A model generated the notes under the pieces. It did no database searches, was not told where the DNA came from, and worked only from the letters and a program-made list of their open reading frames with translations. 64,000 bases of DNA from Spirochaetota bacterium. Lineage in GTDB: Bacteria > Spirochaetota > UBA4802 > JAFGDQ01. How positions within the stretch are numbered: position 1 is the first letter of the stretch; the number at the start of each line of letters is the position of its first letter. Location: the NCBI GenBank assembly GCA_034190085.1, contig JAXHTS010000081.1:2541-66540 (forward strand), in the 5' to 3' direction. Positions 20,223 through 29,613 of the stretch are shown piece by piece. The position numbers and the translations under genes are program-made.

Positions 20223-21974
20223 ATGAGAAAGACTAAGATAGTATGCACTCTTGGCCCTGCAACGGAGAGGAATAATATCTTAAGACAACTCTTCATCAAT
20301 GGCATGAACGTCGCAAGATTGAATTTTTCTCATGGCACGCATGACGAGCACAGAAAGACTGTTGAAAAATTTATGGCCCTTAGGGATGAATTGGATATTC
20401 CAGTTGGCTTGCTTATGGATACAAAGGGTCCGGAGATTAGAGTTCAACAGTTTGAAAAGGATCGCATAGAACTCAAGGCTGGGAGTATATTTACATTGAC
20501 CACAGATGATGTTGTCGGGAATGAAAAAATAGTCTCAGTCACCTACAAAGGATTAACAAATGATGTGGATAGGGGCGATATAATTTTAATTGATGACGGT
20601 TTGATTAAATTGAAGGTTGTAAGTAGAAATAAAATAGAAATTCAATGCGAGGTTATTAACGGAGGCCCTGTAAGCAATAATAAAGGTATAAACGTGCCTA
20701 ATGTGTCGATCAATATGCCCTATATTAACGAAAGGGATAGAAAGGATTTCCAATTTGTAACAGAAAATAATTTTGATTTTATTGCTGCCTCCTTTGTGAA
20801 AAATGCCAGTTGCATAAAGGAATTAAGAAGGACTCTGGAGGATTATGGAGGGGGGAATCTAAAAATAATTGCAAAAATTGAGAACAGGGAAGGGGTAGAT
20901 AATGCAGATGATATTATTAGAATTAGCGATGGAGTGATGATTGCAAGGGGGGATATGGGGGTTGAGATCCCCTTTGAGGAATTACCGTCAATACAAAAGG
21001 AATTGATAAGCAAATGTTACCTCGCTGGAAAGCCAGTTATTACTGCTACGCAAATGCTTGATTCCATGATACATAACCCAAGACCAACAAGGGCTGAGAT
21101 AACTGATGTGGCAAATGCAATCTATGATGGCACAAGCGCAATAATGCTTTCAGGCGAAACGTCTATAGGGAAATATCCCTTGGAAGCATTGTTGACCATG
21201 TCTAAGATAGCTATTCATGCCGAAAAGAACATCGATTATATATCTAGATTTAACAACACTCATTTTGCAGTTTCAAGAAATGTGACCAATGCTATTAGTC
21301 ATGCCACATGTGTTACTGCTCATACCCTTGACGCTTCAGCAATAATTTCTGTAACCAAATCAGGACATACTGCTCAGATGATATCGAAATTTAGGCCAGC
21401 ATCTCCAATAATTGCTACAACCGTTAATCGAAATGTCTATTGGCAGTTATCATTATCATGGGGGGTTCGTCCCGTGCTAACTGAGATTAAGGATTCCACA
21501 GATGATATCTTTGATCAGGCTATTGAAAAGGCCTCAAATTCAGACATAATAAAGAATGGAGATTTAGTCGTAATTACTGGCGGAACGCCTGCCGGTATAA
21601 GTGGAACAACGAACACCCTGAAGGTTCATATAATCGGGGATGTCCTGGTAGAGGGGAAGGGATTAAATAATCTCTCTGTAACCGGAAATTTATACGTTGT
21701 CCACAAAAAGGATGATGCTATGAAAGATTTTAACGCGGGGGATATCGTAGTTATTTCAAAAACAACGGATGAGATACTATTGGCCTTAAAATATGCTTCC
21801 GGGGTTATTACTGAGGAGGATGAAGAGGACTCAAGGGCGGCAGTCGTTGGAATGGCATTAGAGATACCCGTGATAGCAAATGCAGTTGAAGCGACAACGG
21901 TTTTGAAGAGTGGGACTGTAGTCTCACTCGATGCCTTATCGGGGGTTGTGTATAGCGGACTTAAGAGGAATTGA
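20223..21974 (+). CDS. pyk: pyruvate kinase with C-terminal PEP-utilising (mobile) domain
   Basis: MRKTKIVCTLGPATE N-terminus, K+/Mg-binding blocks, MIARGDMGVEIP, and an extra ~110 aa C-terminal domain as in Geobacillus-type PK. Confidence 0.9.
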   Translation: MRKTKIVCTLGPATERNNILRQLFINGMNVARLNFSHGTHDEHRKTVEKFMALRDELDIPVGLLMDTKGPEIRVQQFEKDRIELKAGSIFTLTTDDVVGNEKIVSVTYKGLTNDVDRGDIILIDDGLIKLKVVSRNKIEIQCEVINGGPVSNNKGINVPNVSINMPYINERDRKDFQFVTENNFDFIAASFVKNASCIKELRRTLEDYGGGNLKIIAKIENREGVDNADDIIRISDGVMIARGDMGVEIPFEELPSIQKELISKCYLAGKPVITATQMLDSMIHNPRPTRAEITDVANAIYDGTSAIMLSGETSIGKYPLEALLTMSKIAIHAEKNIDYISRFNNTHFAVSRNVTNAISHATCVTAHTLDASAIISVTKSGHTAQMISKFRPASPIIATTVNRNVYWQLSLSWGVRPVLTEIKDSTDDIFDQAIEKASNSDIIKNGDLVVITGGTPAGISGTTNTLKVHIIGDVLVEGKGLNNLSVTGNLYVVHKKDDAMKDFNAGDIVVISKTTDEILLALKYASGVITEEDEEDSRAAVVGMALEIPVIANAVEATTVLKSGTVVSLDALSGVVYSGLKRN

Positions 21975-22094
21975 AATTTTGGATTATAATGTGAAATGCT
22001 TCTTCTGTTCCATAGAAAATAAAATTTAGAGATTATTTTAAAATATGAAATTTGAGAGACCCGGCAATATAGAGGAGTGAAAAGATATTACCTC

Positions 22095-23321
22095 ATGAAT
22101 AGATTCAGCGGGATAAAGATTCTGGTGATCAACTGTGGGAGTTCTACAGTAAAATTTCAATTAATTGACATGTCCAATGAAAATGTGCTGGCTAAGGGGG
22201 TTGTTGATAGGATTGGTCAGACTGATTCAAAAATGAAATACAGGCTTATGGATAATGATTATGCTAAAGAGTGCGATACTCATGATCATGGCTCTGCCAT
22301 TTCAAGAATTATTGATGAGATAACAAATAGCGAATTTGGTGTGATAGGGGACAGAAGTGAGATCTCAGCCGTTGGTCATAGGGTAGTGCATGGGGCGGAA
22401 AAATTCGCTAAATCTGTTCTAATAGATGATGATACGATTGATCAGATTGAAGCATGCATTGAGCTTGCCCCTCTTCATAATCCTCATAATCTGAATGGGA
22501 TACTTGTGTGCAAAGATCTATTGCCGAATGTAGCTCAGGTGGCTGTGTTTGATACTGCTTTTCATCAAACAATGGAGGATCATGTCTTTATGTATGGGTT
22601 GGCATACAGGTTTTATGAAGAGCATAGGTTCAGGCGTTATGGGTTTCATGGAACCAGCCATTTCTATGTTTCCAAGAGGGCTTCAGAGATTGTTGGAATT
22701 GACATACAGAAGCTGAGGATAATTACATGTCATCTTGGGAATGGGGCCAGCGTAACGGCAGTGAAATTTGGAAGGTCGGTTGATACATCCATGGGATTTA
22801 CTCCCCTTGAGGGTCTCATGATGGGCACAAGGTGCGGGGATGTTGATCCCTCCATGGCTTTGTTTGTTATGGAGAAGGACAACTTGACATCAGCGGAATG
22901 CGATGCGTTGATGAACAAGGAGTGCGGATTGATCGGGGTATCTGGCATTAGTTCGGATATGCGTGATCTGATCAACGCTTATAATGATGGCAATAGCAGG
23001 GCTAGGCTTGCTCTAGAGATGTATGCATATCGCATTAAAAAATATATTGGGATGTATGCTGCTGTAATGAATGGGGTCGATATAATTGTCTTTACCGGAG
23101 GGATAGGTGAAAATGCGTCGCTTATAAGAGGCATGTGCTGTAGTGAGATGGAATATCTAGGCGTGGAATTGGATGAGGGGAGGAATATAAGAATAATCGG
23201 AGCTGAAGGGGAATTGAATACACAGAATTCAAGGGTTAAGGTGTTGTGTGTGCCGACAAATGAAGAGCTGGTCATAGCCAGGGATACAGCTCGGATAGTC
23301 AGCAATGAGAATGGTCGTTAG
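22095..23321 (+). CDS. ackA: acetate kinase
   Basis: KILVINCGSSTVKFQL N-terminus and acetate/propionate kinase signature blocks. The start was moved to ATG 22095 so that the N-terminus aligns with AckA; the track start 22077 is a GTG that abuts the RBS. Confidence 0.9.
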   Translation: MNRFSGIKILVINCGSSTVKFQLIDMSNENVLAKGVVDRIGQTDSKMKYRLMDNDYAKECDTHDHGSAISRIIDEITNSEFGVIGDRSEISAVGHRVVHGAEKFAKSVLIDDDTIDQIEACIELAPLHNPHNLNGILVCKDLLPNVAQVAVFDTAFHQTMEDHVFMYGLAYRFYEEHRFRRYGFHGTSHFYVSKRASEIVGIDIQKLRIITCHLGNGASVTAVKFGRSVDTSMGFTPLEGLMMGTRCGDVDPSMALFVMEKDNLTSAECDALMNKECGLIGVSGISSDMRDLINAYNDGNSRARLALEMYAYRIKKYIGMYAAVMNGVDIIVFTGGIGENASLIRGMCCSEMEYLGVELDEGRNIRIIGAEGELNTQNSRVKVLCVPTNEELVIARDTARIVSNENGR

Positions 23322-23458
23322 GCTTATTGTATTCAAAGTAACTAATAGATATTTCTAACATTGCCTTAGCTTGCCCAAAATTAATATTATATTATGGATG
23401 AGAAGCGGATTTATGCTTCTCCCATGTAAACAAAAGTCTTTGGCGGGGTTTATCAAAC

Positions 23459-25561
23459 ATGGCGAAAAATATTTTTGTTGCATCTACTGGTCCAAATACA
23501 GGTAAAAGCGTAGTATGTCTTGGTTTGATAAATGCGCTTAGAGGTATGGTCGCTAGCGTTGGATATTTTAAGCCTATTGGGCAAAAATATATCAAAAATG
23601 CTAAATTTGATAAAGAATCAGTGATGATAAAGGAGATTTTCGGCATTGAGGATGAATTGGAGTATATTAATCCCCTGTCTATGAAGGATGTAAATTATTA
23701 CATTTCGAATAACGAGACTGATGTCCTGTTTCAGAGGATACAGGATTGCTGTAAAAGGATTGAGATAGGAAAGGATGTTGTTGTTATTGATGGTACCGAT
23801 TACTTGGGTATGATATCTGCTTACGAATTTGATATAAACGCTGATATTGCCAATAATCTGAATGCCAGCATATTGCTTATAGAGGATGGATATAATAAAT
23901 CTATCGATGAGATAGTGTCAGATATATATACAGGCAAGGCTTCATTTGATGAAGAGTCCTGTGATTTCCTTGGCGTTATTGTAAACAAGGTCGATCCTGG
24001 AGATGGGTCTCAGATTGAAGTGAGTTTAAAGGGTGTTCTTGAGAAAAGAGGCATTGATTTCTTTGGCGCTATTCCCTATGATTCTGTTTTGCCAAAACCA
24101 CGGATATACGATATTGCGCAAAGTCTTGACGCTGATATCTTATTCGGTCAGGATTATCTGTCGAATATTGCCATTGAGCCTTTAATAGCGTCAATGACCT
24201 TTGAGAATGCTTTAAAATATATCCATGATGGTTCTCTGATTATAACCGGTGGGGACAGAAATGAGATTCTTCTTGGCTCCATCGTTTCCTTTCTCTCCAC
24301 TTCATATCCGAACATATCAGGCATAATACTAACAGGAGGGCTCCTGCCGAATAAGGATATTAAGGATCTGATTGGCAGTTTGTCGGATCTAACCTTTCCA
24401 ATTCTTAGCGTGCAGAGTAACACGCTCTCAACCGCAAATAGAATTGAATCCCTTGCTGTTCATGTCTCTTCAAGGGATACTCAGAAGATAGATGCCGCAA
24501 AGTCTTTAATCTATAAATATGTTAATTATGAGAAGATTAACGCAAAGATGAAGGTGGACAAGATCAGGAAGCGGACGCCTGATATATTTAAATACGAAAT
24601 AATTGAGAGGGCTCATTTAAAAAAGATGCGCATAGTGCTTCCAGAAGGAGATGAGGAGAGGACATTAAAAGCGGTTGAAAGGGTGAGGTCTATAAATATT
24701 GCGGATATTATACTCCTGGGTTCTCCGGATATTGTCTGGAAGAGAGCTAAGGGTTTGGGGATAAATCTGGATAATGGGGTTGAGATTGTTGATCCGATTA
24801 AGTCTCAAAATTTTGATAACTATGTCAATAGTTATCTTGAGTTAAGGAAACACAAGCATATTACATTGGACGTTGCGAGGGATCGGATACAGGAAGCCAT
24901 ATATTATGGCACCATGATGGTATATCAGGGTGACGCTGATGGATTGGTGTCAGGAGCAGTGCATACAACGAGGAATACCATTAGACCAGCTTTTGAAATT
25001 ATTAAAACAAGACCTGATACATTGATCGCATCAAGCATATTCTTCATGTGTCTGAAGGATAGGGTGTTGGTATATGGCGACTGCGCCATAGTGCCGGATC
25101 CGAATGCAGAGGAACTTGCGGATATTGCAATATCAAGCGCTGATACAGCGAGGATGTTTAATATTGAACCTTTAGTTGCGATGCTTTCATATTCCACAGG
25201 TGAGTCTGGGACAGGGCCGGAGGTTGAGAGGGTAAGGGAGGCTGCAGCAATAGCAAAAAAGAAAAGAAGCGATCTTCGTATTGAGGGGCCAATACAGTAT
25301 GATGCGGCTATTGATCCGGGTGTCGCTAAGACAAAGCTTCCAAATAGTGAAGTGGCTGGCAGGGCTACAGTATTCATTTTTCCTGATCTCAACACCGGCA
25401 ATAACACCTATAAGGCTGTTCAGAGGTCAGCTGGGGCTGTGGCCATTGGTCCTGTTGTGCAGGGTTTGAGGAGGCCTGTGAATGACCTGAGTAGGGGTTG
25501 TCTCATAGAGGACATCGTTTATACGATTGCCATAACAGCAATACAGGCACAGAATTCATAG
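23459..25561 (+). CDS. pta: phosphate acetyltransferase, long form (N-terminal DRTGG/P-loop-like domain plus Pta catalytic domain)
   Basis: 700 aa; N-terminus IFVASTGPNTGKSVVCLGL as in E. coli-type Pta; C-terminal PTA_PTB domain. Confidence 0.9.
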   Translation: MAKNIFVASTGPNTGKSVVCLGLINALRGMVASVGYFKPIGQKYIKNAKFDKESVMIKEIFGIEDELEYINPLSMKDVNYYISNNETDVLFQRIQDCCKRIEIGKDVVVIDGTDYLGMISAYEFDINADIANNLNASILLIEDGYNKSIDEIVSDIYTGKASFDEESCDFLGVIVNKVDPGDGSQIEVSLKGVLEKRGIDFFGAIPYDSVLPKPRIYDIAQSLDADILFGQDYLSNIAIEPLIASMTFENALKYIHDGSLIITGGDRNEILLGSIVSFLSTSYPNISGIILTGGLLPNKDIKDLIGSLSDLTFPILSVQSNTLSTANRIESLAVHVSSRDTQKIDAAKSLIYKYVNYEKINAKMKVDKIRKRTPDIFKYEIIERAHLKKMRIVLPEGDEERTLKAVERVRSINIADIILLGSPDIVWKRAKGLGINLDNGVEIVDPIKSQNFDNYVNSYLELRKHKHITLDVARDRIQEAIYYGTMMVYQGDADGLVSGAVHTTRNTIRPAFEIIKTRPDTLIASSIFFMCLKDRVLVYGDCAIVPDPNAEELADIAISSADTARMFNIEPLVAMLSYSTGESGTGPEVERVREAAAIAKKKRSDLRIEGPIQYDAAIDPGVAKTKLPNSEVAGRATVFIFPDLNTGNNTYKAVQRSAGAVAIGPVVQGLRRPVNDLSRGCLIEDIVYTIAITAIQAQNS

Positions 25562-25753
25562 ATTAATTATTCATAAGGAATATGCTTTTATCACCGCATT
25601 TAGGCAACTATAAGAGCTAATTGAGACCTGTGTAATGTGCTAAAAACCTATAATTTGTAAAATGATTGACACGCATTTTTTTTTTAATATATATTTAATC
25701 TAATGAATTATTAAAAAGATAATAGTTTTTTTATTACAAATAAACAATCCTGG

Positions 25754-26371
25754 ATGTATTTTAAAATGAATAGATATTTATGCAAATTAATGTTGATTCT
25801 CCTTATCATGGGTTATTCCCTTCCATTATCTTCTGAAAATGGTTACATTATCTATAAAAATGGGGAATATAACTATGAGATAATACTTCCCCAATCCTGG
25901 AAAAGGGCGGTTGTAACCTTGAGTAAGAAGCACATTATGTATGCCGATAGGGCGAGCCATACTGACATCAAGGTGAGAGCCTTCAGATCATCTGCTGATG
26001 ATATTGAAAAGACTGTGCTTGAAAATAAATGGAGTCTAAGGAATATTGATTCCAGATTAAACGAAATAATCGAAACCGAAAGGATTGAAATTAAGAAGAA
26101 TGTTACAGGCAAGTTGTTAGTCTTTGAGTTTAGATCAAACAAAAAGAATCTGCTGCAGAGGACTATGATAACCATTAACAACGGTATAGTATATATTATA
26201 GAGTGTAAATCTCCATTAAAAACCTTTTATGAATATGAGGATATATTTACAATTGCTATGGCCAGTTTTAACTACCTGAATGGAGATGAACAGGCTAATC
26301 GTTTTGACAGTGAAAAGGGGGGATGGGAAACGAAAAAGACAGGTTCAAAGGAGTTGGAGGATTTGATTTAG
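25754..26371 (+). CDS. secreted hypothetical protein
   Basis: Signal peptide. A TTGACA-N16-ATATAT promoter-like sequence lies ~60 bp upstream. Confidence 0.5.
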   Translation: MYFKMNRYLCKLMLILLIMGYSLPLSSENGYIIYKNGEYNYEIILPQSWKRAVVTLSKKHIMYADRASHTDIKVRAFRSSADDIEKTVLENKWSLRNIDSRLNEIIETERIEIKKNVTGKLLVFEFRSNKKNLLQRTMITINNGIVYIIECKSPLKTFYEYEDIFTIAMASFNYLNGDEQANRFDSEKGGWETKKTGSKELEDLI

Positions 26372-26542
26372 ATTATTGATGATCCTGTAACTGATCAATA
26401 CATTGAGTTGGGCTGCTCTCAATTTTTGTGATAATAAATTTTTCTCCATTAGCCTTTAGCAAATCTACACCGTAAGCGGAGGACCATTCGCACTGCAACT
26501 TTCAGGATGATACAATAAGGGATTAATTCGATTAGATTGTAT

Positions 26543-27133
26543 TTAGATTATGTGCTGTTCTGGATCAACAGGCGCTCCATTAATTCTTGTTAAGTAATAT
26601 CTTTCAATAATATGCTTATCCGCATCAAAGGCCATCTCAGGGAGGGGGCCAGAAAGGGGGAACCATTTAAGAGTATCTAATTCTTCGCTTGTGGTTAATG
26701 TGCCGCTGATAACTTTGGCTAATAGAACAATAACAAGGGTGTGAAGCTCCGCGGTAAGATAATTGGTTACTACACTAATAATTGATTGAATCTCAACTTC
26801 AAATCCAGTCTCTTCCTTAACCTCCCGATTTGCGGCTGTCAGAAAATCTTCATCGAACTCAATAAAACCACCGGGCAAGCACCATTTACCATCCCTGAAT
26901 TTTCCAGGGGCCCGCTTACCTAATAGAACTCTCTCATCTTGCTTAATTAAAACAACGACTCCAGGATAAGGGTTTCTAAAATGTACATATCCACAACTTT
27001 GACAAACAGGTCTTTCTCTTCCACCCCTTTTATTTAATATACATTCCATTCCACAATGGGGGCAGTATTTCAGTTTGTCGATTCCGCTATTCCCCTCCCA
27101 ATTATACGAAGGGAAAACCTGTTTGGGCCGCAT
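26543..27133 (-). CDS. Nudix hydrolase with N-terminal C4 zinc ribbon (NudC / NADH pyrophosphatase-like)
   Basis: CPHCG...CQSCG zinc ribbon, then Nudix box GGFIEFDEDFLTAANREVKEETGFEV. The track ORF (to 27223) is extended spuriously through the tRNA-Leu gene. The realistic start is ATG 27133, because ATG 27145 shares its A with the tRNA discriminator base. Confidence 0.7.
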   Translation of the reverse strand: MRPKQVFPSYNWEGNSGIDKLKYCPHCGMECILNKRGGRERPVCQSCGYVHFRNPYPGVVVLIKQDERVLLGKRAPGKFRDGKWCLPGGFIEFDEDFLTAANREVKEETGFEVEIQSIISVVTNYLTAELHTLVIVLLAKVISGTLTTSEELDTLKWFPLSGPLPEMAFDADKHIIERYYLTRINGAPVDPEQHII

Positions 27134-27144
27134 TTTGAAATCCA

Positions 27145-27229
27145 TGCCCAAGGCCGGACTTGAACCGGCACGGATATTAAATCCGAGGGATTTTAAGTCC
27201 CTTGTGTCTACCAATTCCACCACTTGGGC
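27145..27229 (-). tRNA. tRNA-Leu (anticodon UAA), type II with long variable arm
   Basis: The 85-nt sequence folds by hand into a cloverleaf: acceptor GCCCAAG/CTTGGGC, anticodon stem AGGGA/TCCCT with loop CTTAAAA, variable stem-loop CGGAT...ATCCG, T-arm GCCGG TTCAAGT CCGGC, discriminator A. Confidence 0.9.
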
Positions 27230-27444
27230 TTTTTCTGTTTTATGATTATTATATGTTTTTATCGAGTGTAATCAGCAAAGCAATTAGATCGCTCAATGAG
27301 TATTTTTCAGTATATTCTTTAAACAATTAACATGGCTGAATACTTGGTATTTTTTTATTCTGTCCTGACTGCTATAAAATGGAATTTATATTCTCTTTGT
27401 TGTGCGAAGACTTCTCTGATTCGCTATATTGTTGTAAAGTCATG

Positions 27445-27517
27445 AGGCGCCGAGCGGATTCGAACCGCTGGATAAAGGTTTTGCAGACCTCTCCCTTAGC
27501 CACTTGGGTACGGCGCC
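27445..27517 (-). tRNA. tRNA-Cys (anticodon GCA)
   Basis: 73-nt cloverleaf: acceptor GGCGCCG/CGGCGCC, anticodon loop CTGCAAA, T-arm AGCGG TTCGAAT CCGCT, discriminator U (a Cys identity element). Confidence 0.9.
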
Positions 27518-27692
27518 TTTTGAAATATTTTGACTCTTATATAGTCAATTATGATACTTTGTCAATCCAAAAAAAAAGGTCTTTCTAAAAAGTGAAAGGG
27601 GAGTTGGAAACCCATCTATCCCCCTTCTTCTGTACTGACTTCTACTCACATTTTTTTGTGTAAAACAAGGAGATGTGGGGATTAAAGAGATA

Positions 27693-28036
27693 TGGAGATA
27701 TTTAATCAATTTCTATTCTTCTAAAATCTGCCCTCTCCTTAGCAAAGTTAACAAGAATACCAACTTAAAGTCCGGTTGCTTTTAAATATGAAGGAATTTG
27801 AGCATAATGTGATTTACTAAGATTTTCAACAGTCTTTAGTTCAATAATAATTCTATTTTCTACAAGAATATCAAGCCTATGACAGCCAATTTGTTCATCT
27901 TGATAAAAGATAATAACTTACTTTTCGTTTTCTGCTGTAATATTTCAATTGTTTAACTCAATTAATAATGCCTTTCTATAAATACTTTCCAAAAACCCTG
28001 AACCAAGAGTATTATGAACCTTAATAATTGACATTA
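27693..28036 (-). pseudogene. GxxExxY-family PD-(D/E)XK nuclease-fold gene (PDDEXK_3-like), interrupted by three in-frame stop codons
   Basis: Minus-strand frame reads MSIIKVHNTLGSGFLESIYRKALLIELNN*NITAENEK*VIIFYQDEQIGCHRLDILVENRIIIELKTVENLSKSHYAQIPSYLKATGL*VGILVNFAKERADFRRIEID*. The GxxExxY, D, ExK, QxxxY and GLKLGLLINF-like blocks all stay in one frame, with TGA, TAA and TAA at positions where the family normally has K/G residues. AGGAGGA lies upstream of the ATG. Missed by the ORF track. Confidence 0.55.
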
Positions 28037-28153
28037 TTATTAATTAAGTTAGTTTATCCTCCTTAATATTCAATCACCTTATCTCTATAATCCCCTTATC
28101 CTCTATTTTACACTAGTTTGTGGGTAGATGTCAGTCTTCAATAAAGGGTAGGA

Positions 28154-28513
28154 CTAAAATACTATCCTTGTTGCATCAGCCCACAGCTTTTCGAGTTGGT
28201 AGAACTCTCTCATCTCCTGAGTGAAGATGTGGACTACTATATCAGTATAGTCAAGAAGAATCCATCCAGAATCTAATTTAGACTTTGACCTCTCCTTTAG
28301 ACTAATCGCTTTAAATAACTTACGTATTTCTCTGCCCAGGGATCTGCAATGGAGAAATGAATTTCCAGTTGAAATTATAAAATAGTCAAAGTAGTTATTT
28401 ATTTTACTCAAATCAAGTATTATAATATCCGCTGCCTTCTTTTCATCCAGTAGTCTTGCACAGTCCCTGGCAATATCAACTATTCTATTATCCTGCAGAT
28501 CGCTTTCTATCAC
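28154..28513 (-). CDS. rsfS: ribosome silencing factor RsfS (Iojap)
   Basis: 119 aa; ILDLSKINNYFDYFIISTGNS...WILLDYTDIVVHIF matches RsfS/Iojap. Confidence 0.85.
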   Translation of the reverse strand: MIESDLQDNRIVDIARDCARLLDEKKAADIIILDLSKINNYFDYFIISTGNSFLHCRSLGREIRKLFKAISLKERSKSKLDSGWILLDYTDIVVHIFTQEMREFYQLEKLWADATRIVF

Positions 28514-29613
28514 CTTGCAAAATCCTTTCCCACAATTAGCAAAACACTGCTCAATTGCATATTATCAATGATATGATATATTCTGTTCACTCCTATTAAT
28601 TCTGAAACCCTTTTCACGGCTCCAATATCCCCCTTCTGATTGATAATAATTGAATGATCTATTATAGGGTATGGGGATGTCCCAAATTCAACAACATTCA
28701 GTCCCTCCCTTACAAGAAGATTCCTCATCTTTCTAGCCATGCCTGAGATACCAGAGCCGTTTAGTATCTTCACCTTCATGGAGGATTCAATTTCATTATT
28801 GAATACAAGTTTGGTTAAGAATTCTTTCTCATAGATTTTGTATGAAATATCATCAAAATGTAGAAACCCATCATTATATTGGCCCGGTAGTATAGCGCAA
28901 ATTAGATCCGATTTTTTGTATAATAGATCTATAATTGTCATTGCCTCCTGAGGAACAAGATTTGTTTTAATCGTTTTTAGGGCTTCAGATATTAATTTTA
29001 TATTCACATATTTTTTATATTTATTTTTATTATAAAATAAGGTTAACAGAATATCCTGTATCCGATCATATTTAATAAATATCGAATTCTCTTCAGCTGA
29101 ATTAATATATTTGATAGTCTTCATGCCGTCAAAATAATTCAAGCCGTATTCTATGCCATCAATTTCATCAATCTGATAGATTACGTATAGATCAATGCCT
29201 TCAATAATGTCAACCAACCTCTCTACATCCGGGGAATATAGTTCAATGTAAAAGGGTATATTCAATTGTAGTTTTTGGTTCAGGAAGGTGCTCAGCTTCT
29301 TGAAATTATTAATATCGATTTGGCTTATTCTTTGAAGTGCTTTGCTCCGACTATCAATGCTGATTGTAAGGTTAGGTGGAATAATTGTAAAACCTATTCT
29401 TTCATTTTCTGGATTGATGCTCAATATACCATAGAACTGATGTTTATTATCATTAAAAACATTGCTTCCCGCAATAAGTACATTGATCATCTTTTTATTC
29501 TGAATCAGTTTCTCAATTGAATTCCGCGCGAATATTGAATTATAATACAAAATGAATAGAATAATAAAGAGTATTATTGTTGCTAATCCAATTAAAATGA
29601 ACCCCCTTTTCAA
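28510..29613 (-). CDS. membrane-anchored protein with C-terminal LytR_C (cell-envelope-related) domain
   Basis: N-terminal TM helix. C-terminal KVKILNGSGISGMARKMRNLLVREGLNVVEFGT is typical of the LytR_C domain. 4-bp overlaps with nadD and rsfS indicate one operon. Confidence 0.6.
   Translation of the reverse strand: MKRGFILIGLATIILFIILFILYYNSIFARNSIEKLIQNKKMINVLIAGSNVFNDNKHQFYGILSINPENERIGFTIIPPNLTISIDSRSKALQRISQIDINNFKKLSTFLNQKLQLNIPFYIELYSPDVERLVDIIEGIDLYVIYQIDEIDGIEYGLNYFDGMKTIKYINSAEENSIFIKYDRIQDILLTLFYNKNKYKKYVNIKLISEALKTIKTNLVPQEAMTIIDLLYKKSDLICAILPGQYNDGFLHFDDISYKIYEKEFLTKLVFNNEIESSMKVKILNGSGISGMARKMRNLLVREGLNVVEFGTSPYPIIDHSIIINQKGDIGAVKRVSELIGVNRIYHIIDNMQLSSVLLIVGKDFAR

Noticed and set aside
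27145-27223. N-terminal 26 codons of the 226-aa minus-strand ORF (MVELVDTRDLKSLGFNIRAGSSPALG)
   Set aside because: This is the in-frame translation of the tRNA-Leu gene, not protein-coding; the Nudix CDS was trimmed to start at 27133.
27379-27588. 69-aa plus-strand ORF from the track
   Set aside because: It lies entirely across the tRNA-Cys gene on the opposite strand and its flanks; no RBS; an artefact.
27693-28036. Stop-codon reassignment (TGA/TAA sense) as the explanation for the in-frame stops in the GxxExxY gene
   Set aside because: All other genes in the window terminate cleanly at TAA/TAG/TGA with sensible lengths and conserved C-termini, so a genome-wide recoding is not supported; a pseudogene is the parsimonious reading.
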